From NCBI GenBank assembly GCA_051294375.1, contig CM119268.1, forward strand, positions 14,464,301 to 14,528,300: a stretch of 64,000 nucleotides of DNA, read 5' to 3'. This stretch comes from Paraspadella gotoi. Taxonomy: Eukaryota; Animalia; Chaetognatha. Shown one piece after another: positions 52,661-64,000 of the stretch. Both the position numbers and the translations under genes were made by a program. Numbering within the stretch: position 1 is the stretch's first letter; each line of letters opens with the position of its first letter. Under the pieces are notes generated by a model. It was not told the origin of the DNA. It did not search any database and worked only from the letters and a program-made list of their open reading frames with translations.

Positions 52661-55050
52661 ACTCGCTCTCTTCGATCCTCGTCGTCGCGCAATTAGCAAC
52701 TCCCTCGTGGACGTCATTTAATTCCTTTTTTTCTCTCCTTCCTTTCGCCACGCCACTCTGCTTAATCTCCTTCTGCGATAAAAGCCCCACAACCCCGGGT
52801 CGTTGTAAAGCCCCGTCACCACCACGCTTGCACGACCACCACGAACACCACCTCGCAGCAACCCCACGGCCTCAAAATGCCGCCACTCAGCTCGCGCCGC
52901 TATTTACCCTTGCATTATTGCTCCGTAATCGTCCTTTTTTATCGCGCCTCTCCACGTGCACTGCGCGAGTCGTTCGCACCCCACCACGCCTCTCCTTCAC
53001 AACTCTAACATACGCGCCTTCTCCCGGCGCCACATCTATGAAATTGTCTCTCACAATTCTTCGGCCACTGGTCCGTAGTACGTTCGTCGTAGTCGTCGTC
53101 GTTTTCGTCGTCGTCGACCTTGTAGTCGTCGCCCTCAGCTTCTGCCAGCGATTTTATTAAACCTACTTCATGTATGTGGGGTGTTTCTCTCATTTATTTT
53201 TACATTCGTCTCTTGTTCGCGTTTCTCGAACATGCAGTGTTTATAGTCTATAAAAACACATTGATATAAATGACTCAAAAATTAACAATTTTCGGTATAA
53301 ACACATGTATTGTTTTTGGGAACTCAAATGAAATATTTCAAACAAGAGACTGAACGTTACGACGAACCGAATATAATACCACCTGAAGACGACGACGAAA
53401 GTATTTTGTTACTTTGTGACCCGTAGTGGTCAGGTGGAGGAGAAGTTAAATTAAACCTGTTCATTATTTATTCCTGCACCACAGAGAAATATTGAACCTG
53501 CTATACTTTGTTATGGGCTGACATTCTCCGAGCCAAATGAAAAATTACGATATTTGTTGTTGCAATGTATTTTTTAACTCTCTTTTGATAAAACTTATGA
53601 CTGTACTAGTGTCTATGTTGCTGGGCATTAAATATGAAGTCTTTTGGTGACTCTCAAGTTCTCTGAGCTAAGAAAGAAACAATCGGGTCTCTGCACGATC
53701 TCTGTCTAAGTCGGCGGTCGTAAGATCATTTGTTTTCGCAGCTCTCTCCGAGTTCCCGCGAGATTCCTCTGGCTCGAGGAGATTTGACCAATCAAATCGT
53801 GATCTTTTTAATTTGTAACTTTTTTCAGTATACTTAAAGTTAATTAATAATGGCATAAAGAATCTGACAAATGACAATGCAGGTTCACAAACATCACAAA
53901 AATAAGGCCCTTTTGCTTTCTCTCCGAGTCTATTAAAGCAAAATATAGGGAAAAGCAATCGAAAAGGAATAACTTTATGCCTACAAGGTACCGAGAACGG
54001 CTGAGAGATTTATTGGCAACACGCGACAGATCACCTTTACACAACTTTAACCCATCGGGCGTCACCCCACCACCCAGTTCCTCTTCCACAAACATCCCCC
54101 ACTCCCTCCCCGACGCGCTTTCGAGCCCCTATCCCACAATTACAAGCGTCTAAGTACTCTTTTTCGTCTTCGATTGATTCGTCGTCTTTCGACCTTCACA
54201 CTTGACCCACACCAAAGAAAACCTTGGGATAAAGAAGTAAATGGTATGAGGCACCACGCGAATTCACAAAACGACGACCCCGTCAGTGAGGCTGCCGCCG
54301 CGGGGTTGACCCCTGGACGATCGACTTCCGCCCCGCAGCCCGAAAAACCGATCGATGAGGCATAAAAAAGGAGGAGGGGCGCCGAGGTGAAGGGGGGAAG
54401 GCCGTTGGTGAGAGGGGAGCTGGGTTGTGGAGGAGAAAGAGGACACTTTGTTTTTTATTGGCTTTTTGTTTTCTCTTCGCCGGACTAAACGAGACGAAGG
54501 CTGGAAGAGATGCGAGAAGATGGAGCGTAAACTCGAGAGTGAAGTGTGACGCGTGCCCCAAGAACGCGCGGGTGGGGATATTTATAGATAGTTGTAAAAA
54601 AATACTCCATATTCCTTCACCAGGAGGAATAGTTCTGCTTATCGTCTCTATAAGTAATAAACTGAGTGGATGCAATAAAATTCCATTTTTCTTTCCCAGA
54701 GTAGGATAATAGTTGACTGATTTCACCTCATCATCTTATTAATTCATAGAGGTCCTCATAGTTCATTCATTATCATATCATTCATCATTTCGTTAGTCAA
54801 CTCTTAAAAGACGGATCATTATTCATGTTCGATTATTCAATTCATTCATTATTCAATCTTCATCTATCATTCATTCTTAATCGTTATCCCCTTAAACAAA
54901 AACCTATCAACAACAACAAACGACAGCCTGTCCGAATTTCCGATTCGTTTTTTATCTTCGCTCTTCGTTTAATGAGCCAACTCACGCGGTCCGTCGTGCG
55001 GCAACGATCGAGCGGGCTGGCCGTTGTTTTAATGCATGCGAGAGAGAGAG
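52661..55050 (-). repeat. Noisy inverted copy of about 61385-63108
   Basis: Reverse-complement matches in order: 52662-52780/62989-63108, 53157-53350/62420-62585, 53840-53930/62175-62250, 54298-54695/61640-61980, 54885-55050/61385-61540. Confidence 0.88.
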
Positions 55051-55051
55051 A

Positions 55052-55117
<66 letters not shown>

Positions 55118-55139
55118 AGAGAATATTATGGAGAGAGAT

Positions 55140-58082
<2,943 letters not shown>

Positions 58083-58596
58083 GCCTTGGCCAAGAGCTCA
58101 AAAGGAGACAAGAGACAACGAAAAATTAGTCCGTCCTCCGCTCCTCTTCTTGGCGCAGCATTGATGCTGGCGAGAGAGAGAGAAAGCGAGAGACAGAGAC
58201 AGAGAGACAGAGACAGAGAGAGAAGAATAACTTCCGGTCAATTGATTCGAGTTCTCACCTCGCCTCACGATTCCGAGAGAACGCAGCTGACAAAGGAGGA
58301 TCGCCTATTTGATCCTTGAACCCAGATTGGTAACAAAGAGGATTCGCTTTCATCGTTACTCTTTCGCTAAATTTTCGATGGCCAACCACGAGAATTGCGG
58401 GCCCCTTTTACGGGTTTAACTGTGGCTGAATAGAGAATTTATTTTGAGCTGAGTCGACGACGTCGCCGTTACTGTTTTTTATCTTGCTGACTATGACTGT
58501 TATGGTTTTTTTTTTGGCGGCGAGAAGGGGTTTTTGTCGTATCTTTAAGGAAGGAAGCAAGGATAGAAGAAAAAAGAAGAAGGAAGAAGGAAGGAA

Positions 58597-58795
58597 GGAA
58601 TGAATGAATGAATGAATGAATGAATGAATGAATGAATGAATGAATGAATGAATGAATGTAGGAATGAATGAATGAATGAATGAATGAGTATGAATGAATG
58701 AATGGAGGGAAAGCTGAAGAAATGTAGAAACGAACGACGNNNNNNNNNNNNNNNNNNNNNNNNNTGAATGAATGAATGAATGAATGAATGAATGA
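58597..58795. repeat. (GAAT)n microsatellite (interrupted)
   Basis: Tetranucleotide run; a perfect one also at 61547-61621. Confidence 0.95.
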
Positions 58796-61338
58796 AGAAA
58801 TGTAGAAAATAATTCTTGGTGATATTGAGCGATTTCTACGTAATTGTATATTTAGAATTCTTTAACAAATCTATGTTATTCATTTATTTCAACGCAGGAC
58901 GAAATGACTCATGAATAAAACACGAATCTTAAATTAAAGCGATTCCGAAAACGCGAAATAGAGCGGATCACTCATCCCCGATTTCTGACCATGAATTTAA
59001 TACGAAATCGACCGCGAGTCGCGACTCCCGTCTCGGGACGACTTTCGTCCAAAAGCCTTCATTTCCCCCCCCCCTCGCTTTTTCTCCTTTTTAACCCTTG
59101 TATCTTTGCCTTGGCCTATTCGTGATTACTTCGTCAATGAGTTAATAAGTTTTTTTAAGATTTTAAATTATACTATCAATGAATTTTCACACATTAAAGA
59201 CGCTACATTCACAATCGTCGCCGTGATGATGGAAAAGTTCGAATAGCGCAAAAATATCCTTTATCAGAATATCTGAGTTCCAACAGTCCGAGGGCAGGGT
59301 TTATAATATGAAACGATTTTTATCATCTTTCCTTTTTGTTTACATTTTTAAAACTTTTAAACTTTTAGTAGTGTAACAAAAATACAAGTCGTACGTAATT
59401 TTATTCCCTGCCCCACAGCGATGGCTGTTTGAGTTTAGCCTCCACATTTAAACGCGACGCGATTTTCTTTCAGCGAATTCGCGATGAGGACCTCAAGACT
59501 CAGATATCCTCCTTTGCTCATCTCCTCCTCCTTTTCTGATTGGTTATCTTTCCTCATTTCATTTGGCGATGTCACTCCTCTCTCTCTCNNNNNNNNNNNN
59601 NNNNNNNNNNNNNNNNNNNNNNNNNNNNNNNNNNNNNNNNNNNNNNNNNNNNNNNNNNNNNNNNNNNNNNNNNNNNNNNNNNNNNNNNNNNNNNNNNNNN
59701 NNNNNNNNNNNNNNNNNNNNNNNNNNNNNNNNNNNNNNNNNNNNNNNNNNNNNNNNNNNNNNNNNNNNNNNNNNNNNNNNNNNNNNNNNNNNNNNNNNNN
59801 NNNNNNCCCCGCCTCTCCACCCGCTTCGGGGCAGCTCGCGAGATTCGATCCTAAAATAAGAAGACGACGCCGTCATGGCCGTTTCTGTNNNNNNNNNNNN
59901 NNNNNNNNNNNNNNNNNNNNNNNNNNNNNNNNNNNNNNNNNNNNNNNNNNNNNNNNNNNNNNNNNNNNNNNNNNNNNNNNNNNNNNNNNNNNNNNNNNNN
60001 NNNNNNNNNNNNNNNNNNNNNNNNNNNNNNNNNNNNNNNNNNNNNNNNNNNNNNNNNNNNNNNNNNNNNNNNNNNNNNNNNNNNNNNNNNNNNNNNNNNN
60101 NNNNNNNNNNNNNNNNNNNNNNNNNNNNNNNNNNNNNNNNNNNNNNNNNNNNNNNNNNNNNNNNNNNNNNNNNNNNNNNNNNNNNNNNNNNNNNNNNNNN
60201 NNNNNNNNNNNNNNNNNNNNNNNNNNNNNNNNNNNNNNNNNNNNNNNNNNNNNNNNNNNNNNNNNNNNNNNNNNNNNNGACGATGGAAGAGACGCGCCAC
60301 TCGAAGCGCAAAACGGCGAGAAAAGATATTGAGGGGCCTGATGGCAAAAATCGGAGAAAGTGGCATGAATGGCAGAATGGGAGAATGGCAAGGATTGAGG
60401 ATTAAAGTAACTGTTTTTTTTTTTATTAAAAAATATTTAAACTTCAATCTTAATCTGAATCTTCAATTTTTAATCTGAATCCAATATTTCAACACCTTAC
60501 GAAAATTTGGATTCCAAGTATTTATTCTTACGTTTAAATTTGAATTTTTCGCTCCCACGATCCGCCTCCGCATGCGGTCACTCGCGGGACGGTAACGGAC
60601 GAACGGACTTTGGGCCGAAGGTCGTTCGGACAGCCGGATTCCTGCTCGTCATTTCGTAATTCGTCGCACGCAACGTTCAATTTTTAAAATCGAGGCGCGC
60701 GAATGTGAAACAACTTTCTCACACTCATCTCTCGGGTCATTGGGTGCACGGCTGCACGCTGGGATATAGCGCCGATCTGTTACGCCGGAGAACCGGTTCA
60801 ATGGCGCCGGACATTGCGTCACGACGCGCGACGTCACACGTGGCGACGGCGTCACAGTTTTCCCGTCGCGTACTCGTCGCGTCATACGTCAAATATTAAA
60901 GGAGGAAATGAAGTATTCACTACGACGGAGGAATCGAAGAACGTAAATTNNNNNNNNNNNNNNNNNNNNNNNNNNNNNNNNNNNNNNNNNNNNNNNNNNN
61001 NNNNNNNNNNNNNNNNNNNNNNNNNNNNNNNNNNNNNNNNNNNNNNNNNNNNNNNNNNNNNNNNNNNNNNNNNNNNNNNNNNNNNNNNNNNNNNNNNNNN
61101 NNNNNNNNNNNNNNNNNNNNNNNNNNNNNNNNNNNNNNNNNNNNNNNNNNNNNNNNNNNNNNNNCGCGGGCGAGGAAAAGGGGGGCGGTTGGGTTCTGAA
61201 GGGGAGGGGGTGGAACTTTTGAGCGTAGACAGAGGATGGAACCGTCATTTGACGGTTGGTGGCCTCCGCCTGAATTCCAGACTCTCGAGGGAGAGGTCAG
61301 TCGAGAGGTCACTCGGTTTTTCCTCGATCGATGATCAG

Positions 61339-61395
<57 letters not shown>

Positions 61396-63457
61396 GATAA
61401 AACAACGGCAGCCGCTCGATCGGTTGCCGCACGACGGAGCGCGTGAGTGGCGATTAAACGAGAGGAAGATAAAAAACGAATTCGGAAATTCGGACAGGCG
61501 TCGTTGTTGTTGTTGATAAGTTTTTTGTTTAAGGGGATCGATTTAAGAATGAATGAATGAATGAATGAATGAATGAATGAATGAATGAATGAATGAATGA
61601 ATGAATGAATGAATGAATGAAATCAGTCAATATACCTCACGGAAGAAAATGAATTTTATTGCATCCATCAGTATACATGACGTCGAACGATCCCTGGAAG
61701 AAATGAGTATTTTTTTTACAACTATCTATAAATATCCCCACCCGCGCGCTTGGACGCGTCACCTCATCGAACGCCATCTCTCGCACGCGTCTCGTTTAGT
61801 CCGGCGAAGAGAAAACAAAAGCCAATAAAAAACAAATGTCCTCTTTCTCCTCCACACCCCACAGCTCCCTCTCACCACGCCTCCCCCCTTCACCTCGGCC
61901 CCTCCTCCTTTTTTATGCCTCATCGACGGTTTTTTCGGCTGCGGGGGCGGAAGTCGATCGTCCAGGGGTCAACCCCGCGGGGTCAGCCCCGAGGGGTCGT
62001 CGTCGGGGTNNNNNNNNNNNNNNNNNNNNNNNNNNNNNNNNNNNNNNNNNNNNNNNNNNNNNNNNNNNNNNNNNNNNNNNNNNNNNNNNNNNNNNNNNNN
62101 NNNNNNNNNNNNNNNNNNNNNNNNNNNNNNNNNNNNNNGGCAAGAAAGGTGGCTGGAAAAAGGTTATGATTATGAAGCGGAGAGAAAGAAAAGGCCTTTG
62201 TGATTGTGACTGCCTGGCTTTGATTTTTAATGCCATTATTAAATATTAATTACTCCATTTGATGGTAATCTTCGAAATTGCGGTGACTCAAAAATAAGAA
62301 TTTAGAGAAAAATTNNNNNNNNNNNNNNNNNNNNNNNNNNNNNNNNNNNNNNNNNNNNNNNNNNNNNNNNNNNNNNNNNNNNNNNNNNNNNNNNNNNNNN
62401 NNNNNNNNNNNNNNGTCGTCGTCGTCTTTGTTTGAATCATTTGAGTTCCCAAAAAATCTTATTTATACGAAAACTGTTAATTTTGAAATTTAATCATGTT
62501 TTTAGACTATAAACCTGCATGTTCGAGAAAACGGCGAACAAGAGACGAATTAAAATAAAAGGAACAAATACTGAAGTAGGTTAATGGCNNNNNNNNNNNN
62601 NNNNNNNNNNNNNNNNNNNNNNNNNNNNNNNNNNNNNNNNNNNNNNNNNNNNNNNNNNNNNNNNNNNNNNNNNNNNNNNNNNNNNNNNNNNNNNNNNNNN
62701 NNNNNNNNNNNNNNNNNNNNNNNNNNNNNNNNNNNNNNNNNNNNNNNNNNNNNNNNNNNNNNNNNNNNNNNNNNNNNNNNNNNNNNNNNNNNNNNNNNNN
62801 NNNNNNNNNNNNNNNNNNNNNNNNNNNNNNNNNNNNNNNNNNNNNNNNNNNNNNNNNNNNNNNNNNNNNNNNNNNNNNNNNNNNNNNNNNNNNNNNNNNN
62901 NNNNNNNNNNNNNNNNNNNNNNNNNNNNNNNNNNNNNNNNNNNNNNNNNNNNNNNNNNNNNNNNNNNNNNNNNNNNNNNNNNNNNNNNTATCGCAGAAGG
63001 AGGTCTTAAGCAGAGTGGGCGTGGCGAAAGGAGAGAGAGAAAAAAAGGAATTAATGACGTCACGAGGAGTTTGTAATTTGCGCGACGACGAGGATCGAGA
63101 GAGCGATTCACGTCGTTTCAGTCTATGTCGTCGTCGTCGTCGTCGTCGTCGTCGTTAGGAACTTTGTTTTTCAGAGATGAATACGATAGGAGGTGAGAAT
63201 AAGAAATTGTAAATTACAATTTAGTAGCGCGAGTTGCAGTGGGCATCTGTGAAAAACGTGAACGTAACACGGATTAATTTTTATTAGAAAAACAACGAAT
63301 GACATGAGGACGAAGAATTTTGACAAGAATTGAAATCCTCTGATCCTCCAAATCTCAGTCTCTTTCTCTCTTAACCAGATTCGCTTTGCTTCTCTTTTCC
63401 ACTCCCTATCATGGACTCCCTCTTTTCCCTCAATCTCTCCCCTCTCCCCCACTTTCT

Positions 63458-63558
<101 letters not shown>

Positions 63559-63813
63559 TCGCAAGCTTAGGAAGAAATCGCGTCGCTCAAAACTGGAGGC
63601 CAGAAAATAAATCTCCCTCCGCGATCGACGCGCCACGTCGCGTGTCACGTCTTGTCACCCTCTTGTCACGCTGGTGTAGCGAGGATCGATTGAAAGATGA
63701 ACGACGACGACGACGACGACGACGACGACAGTGACGTCGACGTTATCTCTGTCATCGCGAATCGGACGCCTCGACAGGCGGTGTAGTCCCTGCTCGGGGC
63801 CGGAACCAGGACG

Positions 63814-63999
63814 TCACGCCGCTACGCTCGCCCGGCTTCCCGCGGCGATACGCTGGTTCGGCGTCGCCGCGGAACGCGTCACGCTCGTCCCGCTCGGCTT
63901 CACGCCGCGCGCTTCCGGGCGACGGAGCCACGTGGCGTTTCCCTCGTCGGCGAACGCGTCGTTGACGGCGGGAGATATCATCGGCGGAATGTTGCGGTA
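63814..63999 (-). CDS. Possible terminal coding exon of a gene continuing beyond the window
   Basis: GC-rich block; open frame YRNIPPMISPAVNDAFADEGNATWLRR...RASVAA* with mostly C/G-ending codons; an alternative frame is also open to 63752; no recognisable domain. Confidence 0.25.
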   Translation of the reverse strand, partial: YRNIPPMISPAVNDAFADEGNATWLRRPEARGVKPSGTSVTRSAATPNQRIAAGSRASVAA

Positions 64000-64000
64000 A

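Overview
Eukaryotic, probably metazoan, draft-assembly scaffold: AT-rich, many N gaps, very dense (AG)n, (ACG)n, (GAAA)n and (GAAT)n microsatellites. The one well-supported coding feature is an apparently intact Ty3/Gypsy LTR retrotransposon of the CsRN1/Kabuki type on the minus strand (about 1076-6517). It has a 658-bp 5' LTR (TGTGG...CCACA), a tRNA-Trp-like PBS, Gag with a CX2HX9CX3C knuckle, PR-RT-RH-IN Pol reached by a -1 frameshift (G_GGA_AAC plus a predicted H-type pseudoknot), a G-rich PPT, and a 3' LTR mostly lost in a gap. The most unusual observation is that the LTR is tiled by about a dozen consecutive hairpins, including two GNRA-capped stems and a tRNA/Pol III-like mini-cassette, mostly favouring the strand antisense to the element. 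A probable multi-exon gene with broken frames lies on the minus strand at about 10.5-14.4 kb. Much of the rest is repeats plus several indel-rich direct and inverted duplicates that look like raw long-read gap-fill or misassembly. All structure and alignment calls were made by eye.
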